The notes below the pieces were generated by a model. It saw nothing but the letters and a program-made list of their open reading frames with translations. It was not told the origin of the DNA and searched no databases. From an uncultured delta proteobacterium (GTDB lineage: Bacteria > Desulfobacterota > Binatia > UBA9968), in NCBI GenBank assembly GCA_963745835.1, contig CAVUZH010000019.1, positions 64,001 to 128,000 on the forward strand: 64,000 bases of DNA, read 5' to 3'. How positions within the stretch are numbered: the first letter of the stretch is position 1; each line of letters opens with the position of its first letter. The translations under genes and the position numbers were made by a program. Positions 18,408-27,757 of the stretch are shown in pieces.

Positions 18408-20315
18408 TCACGGCAGATTCCGCGGAGTCGTGCGCGACTTCATTATCCGGACCGCCTCCTCAATATGTTTGACCGCTTCCTCCCCATTGCCTTGCAACAG
18501 TAGTGCGCGCCCCAGGCCTTCATGCGCTTCGGCGAAGTCCTGCTTGAACTTTGTTGCCTCACGGAAATGCTTCGTAGCCGCCGCCAAATCGCCCTGGCGT
18601 GCTAAAACAGTCGCCAAGCCAAAATGAATCTCGGCCTGCTGCGGATTTAGCTGCAGGGCCTCATCGTACTTCAGTTTGGCGTTCTGAAGATCGCCCTGTC
18701 TAGCAAGTATCCGCCCCATATTGAAAATGGCTTGCGAGTATTTGGGATTAGAATCTATCGCTTTCTGCAGCTCGGCCAACGAGCCCTTAATGTCTCCTCG
18801 CATCGCTAGGAGAAGACCTAAATTGTTGCGAGTTTCAGCGTCATTTGGATTGAATCGGAGCGCCTCGCGGTAATGATCGATCGCTTCAACGTGATTGCCG
18901 CGTTTTGCTAGAAACCTTGCTAGATTATAATGGGCGATGCTGGTTTCGGGGGCGATGCGAAGTACATGCTGCCACAGAGTCTTGGTATCGCGCCACACAC
19001 CTACTTGATTCCATGTCAGCACACCCAATCCGGCGACGATACCCATAGCCACTGCGGCAGCGCTAACTCTCCCCAGGATGCCTTGATCCCACCGTTGTCC
19101 CTGCTGCCAAATTGTGAAAAAGACTCCTCCCGCCAATGCCGCCCAACTGAGGCAAGACAGATAGCTGTACCGATCGGCGACTAACTGCGGCCCGCTCTGT
19201 GCTATTCCCAACATCGGTGACACAACTACGATATAGTAAACCCAACACGCAAGCAGCGCCGGCCATCGTCGCCTGAGGAGATATAACGCTATCGTGATGA
19301 AGATCACCGCCGCTACTGAAACGAGAAACAGCGGCATCCAAGCATCGAAATCAAACGGCAACTCATAAAGGGGAGAGAGCCGGACAGGTAGAACCGATTT
19401 CCACAGATAAAAGCCGATGCCGTAAAACGCCTGTGCCATGCGGTAAGAAAAGAAATGTTGTTGATCCTGCTTTAGGGCGCCGGCCTCCTGCTGTGCCGCA
19501 AGAGCGATGAGGCCGAACAAAACGGCCAAACCCAGGAAGGGTAATTTTTCTTGCATAACGGTTCGCCCTGCCGGCTTGAACCAGGTTGAAAACCTTGCCG
19601 GCAATCTTTTCAGCGGATAGATATCCAACAGTAACAGCACGACAGGGAGGGTTATGGCGGTTGCCTTGGAAAACAACGATAGTGCATGAGCCATCACCGC
19701 TGCCGTTAACCACCGGCGCCGGGTTTGGTTGTGCGGATTTTCCTGGGCGCGCAAATAGAGTTCGATGCACGCCAGGAAAAAGAGCCCGGATAGCACATCG
19801 CGCCGTTCCGTGGCCCAAGCCACCGACTCGACTCGCAACGGATGGACGGCGAATAACAGCGCCCCGAATCCGGCGGCCAAACTTAGGCCCAGCCCCGGGC
19901 GCTCGGCGCTTATTGAAAAGACAGTGGAAAACAGGCGTCTGCAGATAAAATAAAAAAGCACCGCATTGGCGGCGTGCAGCATGAGACTGGTTAAATGATA
20001 ACCAAACGGCTCGGTGCCCCAAATCAAATAGTCCAATCCGAAAGTCGTCCAACTCAGCGGCTGATAGTGACCCATATGGAACGTGCTAAACATCCAGCGC
20101 AGCTGCTTCCACCCCAGACCGCGGTAGTATGGATTTTCCAGCAGAGTATTGTCATCATCCCAGTCAACGAATCCGTTTTGTAAAACAGGAAAAAAAACCG
20201 CGCAGCTCAACAAAACGATCGTCACGGGCGTGATCCATCGACCAGGATCGCCTTTAACGGCAGTTTCGACTGGCTTACTTGATTTCCGGCTGCTTGTGGG
20301 GTTATTGCTTTTCAT
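18408..20315 (-). CDS. TMTC-like membrane glycosyltransferase with TPR repeats
   Basis: NGFVDWDD, HYQPL, HPLRVESVAWATERRDVL, ADRYSYL and W-x-D-x-x-TLW motifs, followed by TPRs. Confidence 0.85.
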   Translation of the reverse strand: MKSNNPTSSRKSSKPVETAVKGDPGRWITPVTIVLLSCAVFFPVLQNGFVDWDDDNTLLENPYYRGLGWKQLRWMFSTFHMGHYQPLSWTTFGLDYLIWGTEPFGYHLTSLMLHAANAVLFYFICRRLFSTVFSISAERPGLGLSLAAGFGALLFAVHPLRVESVAWATERRDVLSGLFFLACIELYLRAQENPHNQTRRRWLTAAVMAHALSLFSKATAITLPVVLLLLDIYPLKRLPARFSTWFKPAGRTVMQEKLPFLGLAVLFGLIALAAQQEAGALKQDQQHFFSYRMAQAFYGIGFYLWKSVLPVRLSPLYELPFDFDAWMPLFLVSVAAVIFITIALYLLRRRWPALLACWVYYIVVVSPMLGIAQSGPQLVADRYSYLSCLSWAALAGGVFFTIWQQGQRWDQGILGRVSAAAVAMGIVAGLGVLTWNQVGVWRDTKTLWQHVLRIAPETSIAHYNLARFLAKRGNHVEAIDHYREALRFNPNDAETRNNLGLLLAMRGDIKGSLAELQKAIDSNPKYSQAIFNMGRILARQGDLQNAKLKYDEALQLNPQQAEIHFGLATVLARQGDLAAATKHFREATKFKQDFAEAHEGLGRALLLQGNGEEAVKHIEEAVRIMKSRTTPRNLP

Positions 20316-20336
20316 TCAAGAATTATCAGGGAGCAC

Positions 20337-21779
20337 ATGGCATATAACAGTCTGCAAGACTTCGTACAAGTTTTAGAACGCCAAGGCGAACTCAGGCGCA
20401 TTACCTATCCGGTCAAAGCCGAGTTGGAGATCACGGAGATTGCCGATCGCGTGATGAAAAATAACGGTCCCGCGTTGTTGTTCGAGAACGTCGCCGGCAA
20501 ACAGATTCCGGTTTTGATCAATGCCTTCGGCTCGCATAAACGCATGGCTCTGGCCTTGGGGGTCGACGATATAGAGGAAGTTGCGGGTGAGGTTCAAAAG
20601 CTGGTGCAAACCAAGCCGCCGAAGTCATTCATCGACAAGCTGCATCTCGTTTCAGAACTGGTAAAACTCGCGGGCATCCCGCCAAAAATTGTGAGTAAGG
20701 GCGAATGCCAGCAGATCATTCACCGGCAACCAGACTTGAGCATATTGCCCGTGCTCACCTGCTGGCCGGGAGACGCCGGACCGTTTATAACCTTGCCGAT
20801 GGTTTTTTCAAAAGATCCGGGCAAAGGAACTCGAAACGTAGGTCTCTATCGGATGCAAGTTTTTGATTCGCGCACTACCGGCATGCACTGGCACTTGCAT
20901 AAAGTAGGGGCGCGCCATTATCAGCACCAGAAAGCGCAAAGCCGGCGCATGGAGTTGGCTGTCTGCCTCGGCGGGGACCCCGCCATGATCTATGCCGCCA
21001 CAGCGCCGCTGCCGGATCAAATCGATGAGGTACTCTTTACTGGTTTCTTGCGCAGGAAAGGCGTGCGACTGGTCAAAGGCGTAACCGTCGAGGTGGAAGT
21101 ACCGGCAAACTCGGATATCGTGATTGAGGGCTACGTCGATCCGGCGGAGCCACTGCGCCGCGAAGGGCCGTTTGGAGATCATACCGGTTTTTATTCACTG
21201 GCCGACGACTACCCCGTATTTCACGTCACCTGCATCACCCAGAAAGAACATCCGATCTACCCAACGACCATAGTTGGTCGACCGCCGATGGAAGATGCCT
21301 ACATGGGTAAGGCGACCGAAAGAATCTTTCTGCCGCTTTTGCGCCTGACTTTTCCCGAGATTGTCGACATGAATTTGCCCGTGCATGGAGTGTTCCATAA
21401 CCTGGCGATCATCTCGATCAAGAAAGAATACCCCGCCCATGCGCGCAAGATCATGCACGCTCTCTGGGGCATGGGTCAGATGATGTTTACCAAGATTTTG
21501 GTGGTCGTTGACCACGACGTCAACGTGCACGATCTTTCGGAGGTAACCTGGGTAGCGGGAAACCACATCGATCCGCAACGCGACACGGTTGTCGTCGAAG
21601 GTCCGGTGGATGTCTTGGATCATGCGGCCCCGGTTCTCGGCTACGGGTCAAAGATCGGCATTGATGCAACACGCAAATGGCGCAGTGAAGGCTTCGAGCG
21701 CGAATGGCCCGAGGTCATTGTCATGGACGAAAACACCAAGAATTATATCGATTCGATTTGGCAAAAACTGGGCATTTGA
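20337..21779 (+). CDS. UbiD-family decarboxylase, menaquinone biosynthesis (MqnL-like)
   Basis: NVGLYR, EGPFGDHTGFY, GRPPMED, DVLDHA...GSKIGIDAT; adjacent to a UbiA-like prenyltransferase. Confidence 0.9.
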   Translation: MAYNSLQDFVQVLERQGELRRITYPVKAELEITEIADRVMKNNGPALLFENVAGKQIPVLINAFGSHKRMALALGVDDIEEVAGEVQKLVQTKPPKSFIDKLHLVSELVKLAGIPPKIVSKGECQQIIHRQPDLSILPVLTCWPGDAGPFITLPMVFSKDPGKGTRNVGLYRMQVFDSRTTGMHWHLHKVGARHYQHQKAQSRRMELAVCLGGDPAMIYAATAPLPDQIDEVLFTGFLRRKGVRLVKGVTVEVEVPANSDIVIEGYVDPAEPLRREGPFGDHTGFYSLADDYPVFHVTCITQKEHPIYPTTIVGRPPMEDAYMGKATERIFLPLLRLTFPEIVDMNLPVHGVFHNLAIISIKKEYPAHARKIMHALWGMGQMMFTKILVVVDHDVNVHDLSEVTWVAGNHIDPQRDTVVVEGPVDVLDHAAPVLGYGSKIGIDATRKWRSEGFEREWPEVIVMDENTKNYIDSIWQKLGI

Positions 21780-21869
21780 AATGCGCTTTCACAACGTCCA
21801 GCGCTCATTGGCGATAAATTTGACTCTCGTTTAGCTTAGCAGCGCGCTGATTTCCAGGCTTTAACCGCC

Positions 21870-22760
21870 ATGCTCGTCGAAAAAATTCGCAGCTACGCAA
21901 GTCTCGTCCGCTTTTCTCATACCGTTTTTGCGCTGCCGTTCGCGTTTGCTTCACTGGTTCTTGCGTGGCCAAGCCATCCGATAACTCTGATTACGGTCGT
22001 CTGGATATTGGTTGCCATGGTCGGCGCGCGTACCGCTGCCATGGGTTTTAATCGTCTGGCTGACCGTAAATTCGACGCATTGAATCCGCGCACCAAGAGT
22101 TGGGAATTGCCGAAGGGAACGGTGAAGACTTGGGAAGCGGGACTTCTGACGATCGTCGCGTCGATCATCTTCGTCTTCGGCGCCTACCAACTCAATTGGA
22201 CTTGTTTCGTGTTGTCTCCTGTAGCTTTGGCGGTCGTTTTCTTCTACTCGCTCACTAAACGTTTCACCTGGACATCACACCTGTTCCTCGGAGTCGGTCT
22301 TTCGCTTGCGCCAATCGGCGCTTGGCTAGCGGTGGCTGGCCGGCCAATTGATTTGCGGGAATTGGTGATTCCACTTTGTCTCGGTTTGGCGGTGGTATTT
22401 TGGCTGGCGGGCTTCGACATCATCTATTCACTGCAGGATCGCGAATTCGATCGCTCGCACGGATTACACTCGATTCCGGTTAGGTTCGGTGTCACTTGGG
22501 CATTGCGCCTCTCAAGCTTGTTTCATGTCTGCACCATAGTTTTCCTCATCCTGGTAGGTGTTGCCGCTAAGCTGGGAATTATTTACTGGATCGGCTGCCT
22601 GGCAGTTTCTCTCATCTTGATGTGGGAGCATCGTATTGTCAGGCCTAACGATCTTTCGCGCATCAATCGCGCTTTCTTCGATTTTAATGCTTACGTCAGC
22701 ATCGGTTATTTCTTGATTACACTGGCCGATGTTTTGATCTCCGGCACCACCGTCGGATGA
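21870..22760 (+). CDS. UbiA-family polyprenyltransferase (MqnP-like)
   Basis: HTVFALPFA, NRLADRKFDALNPRT, DIIYSLQDREFD. Confidence 0.92.
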   Translation: MLVEKIRSYASLVRFSHTVFALPFAFASLVLAWPSHPITLITVVWILVAMVGARTAAMGFNRLADRKFDALNPRTKSWELPKGTVKTWEAGLLTIVASIIFVFGAYQLNWTCFVLSPVALAVVFFYSLTKRFTWTSHLFLGVGLSLAPIGAWLAVAGRPIDLRELVIPLCLGLAVVFWLAGFDIIYSLQDREFDRSHGLHSIPVRFGVTWALRLSSLFHVCTIVFLILVGVAAKLGIIYWIGCLAVSLILMWEHRIVRPNDLSRINRAFFDFNAYVSIGYFLITLADVLISGTTVG

Positions 22761-23551
22761 TCAGCCTCTCTCTCATCTCGACTCTAACCGCATTGGGAGT
22801 CCTGGGCGGCTTTTTTGCGGGTCTGTTGGGCTTCGGTGGCGGCGTGATGATGTTTCCTCTTTTGTACTATATTCCGCCGCTGCTCGGCCTCTCCCGACTC
22901 GACGCAAAGACTGTCGCCGCTGTGGTTATTAGCCAGGTATTTTTCTCCACCATTATCGGCGGTATGGCTCATTTGCGCCACCGGCGCGTGCACCGGCGGA
23001 TTGTTTTAGGAGCGGGTCCGGCTTCCGCGTTGGGCTCATTTACCGGAGCGGTCTTATCGGGCAGGGTTTCCGAAGATCTGCTGCTGGCGCTGTTCGGAAT
23101 CATAACCGTTCTTGTATTGGGCATGATGTTTCTGCCTCCACCCGATCATGCCCGAGAGGATCTTTCGCAAGAGCAGATAATGGTAACCCTGCTACCGCTG
23201 ATTATCTGTTCACTCGCTGCAGGGTCTGTTATCGGCCTCCTCGGTGCCGGTAATTTCGTTTTTGTACCCTTACTGATCTATGTCTTGAAAGTGCCTACAC
23301 GAATAGCTATCGGCAGCAGCCTGTTCATCGCCATGATGAATACCTCCAGCGGCTTTTTAGGGAAGCTTCTGACTGGCCAGATTCCCTTACTGCTCGCCTT
23401 CAGCGTGGTCATCGGAGCAACTATCGGCGCGTTACTCGGTGAAAAGGTCCATGGCAACATTTCCGCCAAAGCTCTTCGGCAGATTTACGGCATCATGGTT
23501 GCGGTTATCGCTGCCCGGGTGTGGATGACCCTACTTGGATTCGCTACTTAG
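22757..23551 (+). CDS. TauE/SafE (TSUP) family membrane exporter
   Basis: GLLGFGGG repeat, AIGSSL, about 8 TM helices. Confidence 0.88.
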   Translation: MISLSLISTLTALGVLGGFFAGLLGFGGGVMMFPLLYYIPPLLGLSRLDAKTVAAVVISQVFFSTIIGGMAHLRHRRVHRRIVLGAGPASALGSFTGAVLSGRVSEDLLLALFGIITVLVLGMMFLPPPDHAREDLSQEQIMVTLLPLIICSLAAGSVIGLLGAGNFVFVPLLIYVLKVPTRIAIGSSLFIAMMNTSSGFLGKLLTGQIPLLLAFSVVIGATIGALLGEKVHGNISAKALRQIYGIMVAVIAARVWMTLLGFAT

Positions 23552-23788
23552 GGGGAAAACCCTGATCATACTTCGGAATATTAGTTGACCTAGCGATCTA
23601 GCGCGCCAGTAGCCGGTCACTCATTGACGGCATCACGTCGCCCAGCATATCGCCTCATGATCAAATCTTTTGCCCTAACTGTGGACCACAATCTTAGCTC
23701 AGACCGCGGTCCCCGCGGTCTGACGGCTGGTTACGTGCATATTGTTTTTTTAGATGCGCAGGATTATCTTTGTTGATCAGGAGGAATT

Positions 23789-24421
23789 ATGAAAACCAGC
23801 TTTTCAATCGCCCTAATTCTGCTCCTTTCGGGTTGCGCCGGTTTTCAAGCCGCTCGAGAGGTCAACTCAGGAAGACAGGCTTACCTTATCGGCAATAACG
23901 AAGCAGCCTATGCACATTTCCAAAGGGCTGCGGAAGTGGACCCAACTTATGTTTACGGCACTGCGCTACGCCAGGGAGTCTGGAGTTACGTTGGCCGGGT
24001 GAATTACGATATGGGGCGGCTCCCTCAAGCGCGCGAGGCACTTGAGCGAGCGCTTGCCGCTAATCGTGAAGAAGATCTTTCCAGACTTTATTTCGGCCTT
24101 GCGCTAGCTCGAGAGGGCGATCGCCAGAGAGGTCTTAAGGAGATCGAAGGTGGCCTGCGTGGAGTGCATCAATGGTTGGAGTATGTGGATCAGAACCACG
24201 GCGCCTCGTTTGGCCGGTTCTGGGATCCGTCGCGCGAAATCCGCTCGGCCATTCAGACGGACTTAGCGATGATTTCCGGGAGAGATATCGACTGGCCTAA
24301 GCTTATCACCGCCGGTGAATGGGTAGGAAAGCAAATGGAACTCGAGAACGATCGTGCCAGACGCGACGAGACCTTGGAGCGAAACCGCGAGAGCGACAGC
24401 GGTGGCGGCGAAGAGCCCTGA
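23789..24421 (+). CDS. TPR-containing lipoprotein
   Basis: RBS AGGAGG; lipobox LSGC; TPR-like helices. Confidence 0.8.
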   Translation: MKTSFSIALILLLSGCAGFQAAREVNSGRQAYLIGNNEAAYAHFQRAAEVDPTYVYGTALRQGVWSYVGRVNYDMGRLPQAREALERALAANREEDLSRLYFGLALAREGDRQRGLKEIEGGLRGVHQWLEYVDQNHGASFGRFWDPSREIRSAIQTDLAMISGRDIDWPKLITAGEWVGKQMELENDRARRDETLERNRESDSGGGEEP

Positions 24422-24424
24422 AAG

Positions 24425-25054
24425 TTAATTGTAAATCTGATTAGCGTTTTGCACCCCGGCGTTCTTGTGAAAATTTTCCTCATCGTCCACGAGTGCTAGA
24501 AGCCGGTCATTGGTCTGGAGGATATTGTCTTTTTCCTCCGGACCTTTAGCCAGAAGAAAGGCAGAGCGCCGCAGCGCCCCACGGACCACGCCCCTGCTGT
24601 CCCAATTTTTGTGATTGTGGTATCCCTCCACCATCACCTTATGCGCCAAGGTGATACCGCCCTTGAGCGAATCCATTCCTTTCTCGTTCTGTCCCAAGCG
24701 CATTTGGGTTAGTCCCAGCGCAATCCACGCGACCTCATTGTCTTTGTTGAGCGCCACTGCGCGTTGCAAGATAGCAAAGGCGTCCTGATACCGTCCTTTT
24801 CGATAATAAGCCCGGCCCAGGTAGGTCAAGCTATCCTTGTATAAGGGATCACGGCTGACGACGTACTCCAAAGCCTCCACCGCCCGGTCCATGTCGCCGC
24901 CTTTGCCGCGAAAGAATTGATCCCGCCCCTCTTCATATCGGCCGCCGACTCCAAATCTGGGGATCGCATGATTGCAGCCGATCAGCGCCACCAAAAGAAT
25001 CAGCGTGAAAAACGAAAACAGAACATTTCTTCGGTCTATGACTAAACTTTTCAT
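24425..25054 (-). CDS. TPR-containing lipoprotein
   Basis: Lipobox LIGC; TPRs (YLGRAYYRKGRYQDA); start reset to ATG 25054. Confidence 0.8.
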   Translation of the reverse strand: MKSLVIDRRNVLFSFFTLILLVALIGCNHAIPRFGVGGRYEEGRDQFFRGKGGDMDRAVEALEYVVSRDPLYKDSLTYLGRAYYRKGRYQDAFAILQRAVALNKDNEVAWIALGLTQMRLGQNEKGMDSLKGGITLAHKVMVEGYHNHKNWDSRGVVRGALRRSAFLLAKGPEEKDNILQTNDRLLALVDDEENFHKNAGVQNANQIYN

Positions 25055-25158
25055 GGATACTTTGTTCCTTTTGGGCTTGCTCGCGCTCGTTACAGACGCG
25101 GGTTTGTTTTCGAAATAATACGGCGTCACTCCGAATTTGCAAGAAGTAGCTAGTGTGA

Positions 25159-25200
25159 AACCAAAAAAAAGGGGAGTCATTTCTGACTCCCCTTTTGGTT
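25159..25200 (-). terminator. Rho-independent terminator of the porin gene
   Basis: AAAAGGGGAGTCA-TTTC-TGACTCCCCTTTT hairpin with a T-run on the minus strand. Confidence 0.85.
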
Positions 25201-25217
25201 GCAAGCGTTAAACGCGC

Positions 25218-26734
25218 TTAGAACGTATAGCGCCAGTTTAGGAACAGTGTCTGCCAGTCGCCGCCTTTACCGTTTCTGCAACCGGTAGCAGGGGTAACGT
25301 TTGGCGTCTTGCAAACGTCAAGGTTATGGGCCGCCTGGTTGGCCCCGTTGCGCAAGTTCGACGCATCGTACCAGAGCCAGTTAACGCCAATGCTCATGCG
25401 CGGCGCGACAAAATACCAGATGTCCGCTTCCCGCAAGAGAATCCGGTTGCGGTGGAACTGGTTCAGTTGAGCGCTACCGCCGGCAGCCACGATGCTAGCG
25501 CAGGTAATCCCGGTGTTGCCGTTACATCCCACCTCCATGTCGACTCGCTCAAAATGACCGCCCAAAAGAATCGATCCCGCCGTATTCGCAGAACCGGTTA
25601 GGAAACCCTTGGGGCTCCATATGAACAGGTCGGAACCGACCAACCAACTGTCACCTTTCTTGTGCCCTCTGGTTCCGCCATCATCTTCACTTCTCTGGCG
25701 ATGGGCCATGGCGCGGAAGGTGACGGGACCAAGATTCCAGACGATGCCAGGGGTCAGACCGATATGCCAGCCGTCGCCGATGCTCCCTGCGCCGCTGTCG
25801 AACAATGTCTGGCGGCCGCCGTCACCATGATCCTGGATCCGATAACGATCGCACCCGTTATTTAGCGCGCGGCCATCGTGGTTACAGAACCATGCGCCCA
25901 TCTCGAAGGTTAGACCCTGGATAAAGAAACTCTTCAGTTGCGAAAACGGCTGAACGCTCAAATAAGTATTGAAATCTTTCTTATCGGTGAAACTGCTCAA
26001 GTCCGTCATCACTCTCGCCGAATGAAGCCATCCCGAGTTGGAAACGGCCGATCCGTCCGGTGAAGAGCGGCCTGTCGTCCCAGTTCAGGATGATACCCTG
26101 ACCAGCGCGGCCGGTGTTGAAACCGTTGTTGCGTGTGTGCAAGTCGTATTCAGCCTGTGCGCCTACGGCGCCGGAGCCCTGGCGCGCAGTGCTCATGCTG
26201 CCCGAAACTTCCATGCCAAGCTGCACGGTCGGCATGAAGGGATTAAGGTTTTCCAAATGGACGTTTACAACGCCGCGTTGCAGTATGGAGCCGACCTCGT
26301 CTCCAGTTGAGTTCTTGGCGTTACCGGTGCCGAAACCATCCATATCGAATGTTGCCTCGAGCTCCCACAAGCAGTTGTTGATGCAGAAAAAGAACCCCGG
26401 CCGGAAACGACGGCCCATGATCTCGCCATTGGTACGGCCGACGTGCTCGCGCCCTTCTTCGAACAGCATGCGGAAGTGAGTTTCGATCGTCGGGTCGGAA
26501 AGACCAGGACTTGTCCGCAGCTTCAATGTTGAGACCGTTACCCGGACGGTAACTAAAACTCGGCATAGCGGCTGCCGCTTCGGTGGCCTCTTTCTTCAAC
26601 TCGATCTGCTGCTCTTTTAACTGCAACAGCTCTTGCTCAAGCGCCTGGATCTTTTGATCGACGTTTTGCGCAAGGGCCGGGGCAGCCAGAAGGAACGCAG
26701 ATAGCATTCCCAAGCCCAAAAACCTCTTCTTCAT
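25218..26734 (-). pseudogene. Outer-membrane porin (OprO/OprP-like architecture) split by two +1 frameshifts
   Basis: Signal peptide and coiled coil, then SYRPGNGL...ADKSW, ending in ...FLNWRYTF (beta-signal). Removing one base near 26492 and one near 26000 joins the three ORFs. Confidence 0.75.
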
Positions 26735-27702
26735 TTTGCCTCCTTTTTTCCTTATAGCTTTTTGCTGCAAATTTTCGGGGACAAGAAGCAGCCTCTACAA
26801 GGCTTCCTGCCACACCGCAGGTTGTACTTGAAATGGGCCAATCCCATCAATACGCGAGTAGTATGATTTTGATGCTAAACAACTGCCGAGCCGACTCGAT
26901 TATACGACTTAAGACCTAAAAAGAGGCGAATAAACAAATTTCTGCGAGGGTTCTGCTGCAGTATCTAAAGAAAAGATATCAAAACGCACCAAATCGTTAG
27001 CAACTCAAAGATCAACCAAGCAAATTTTTTAAGGCCGGGTAAAAACGGCTGTTTCTCTATAGACACTGTCAGCGCAAAGCCGTGAGCCATCGGCTTAGGC
27101 ACCTCGGCGAGTTCGTCGCGATCCACAATTCACTAAGTCTTTAGATTGACATAAGAACTGAGCCCTATTGGACGCTAAAGTCGAGACTAAGGAGAAGATT
27201 CGGGAGCTTTGAACATCTGACGGATCAATTCGGATTCTAGCGGCTCAATCAGGGTCACCTGAAGCAGGTTGAGCGAAGCGTTGCGCCTAGTGCGCCGACG
27301 GCAACATACGGTAAGTGGGCGTTCGCACGATCAACTGACAAGCTCGTAGATGTTCGAGCGATTTGCTATGGCCGGAACAGTTTGCTTCACCAGCATGGCT
27401 GTGGACTGCCACTCGTATAGGCTCGACAAAAATCTGCACTGACCGATCGTGTTAACGTGAAGACGTGTCGATTTGGAGTTTCCAATTGTTGCCGCCGGGA
27501 TCCACTCCTTCTATCTTGTGTGTCTCTTGTATCGCTGAATGGTGTCCGCTTACTACTTGATGATTTCAGATATTCGAAGCGCAGTTCATGCGGGTTAGAT
27601 GTTAGACGATTTTTGTTGGTTGCGTGTTTCCAAGCTGGTTGTAAGCCGTTGCTGTTGCCAGCAGCACAAGCAAGCCCAGGGGAACGCACCCGCACAATAA
27701 GC

Positions 27703-27730
27703 TTGACTCTGCCTCCGGTGGGCATATTAT
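27703..27730 (+). promoter_or_regulatory. Sigma-70-type promoter for bamD
   Basis: TTGACT-N16-TATTAT, 28 nt upstream of the ATG. Confidence 0.55.
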
Positions 27731-27757
27731 GGAAAAACCTCATTCGATAGGTGAAAC

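Noticed and set aside
23699-23723. Perfect hairpin TCAGACCGCGG-TCC-CCGCGGTCTGA
   Set aside because: No U-tract and no second copy seen in the window, so no function can be supported.
27072-27090. Sigma-54-like site upstream of the porin (TGGCTCACGGCTTTGC on minus)
   Set aside because: GG-to-GC spacing is 11 nt rather than the required 10.
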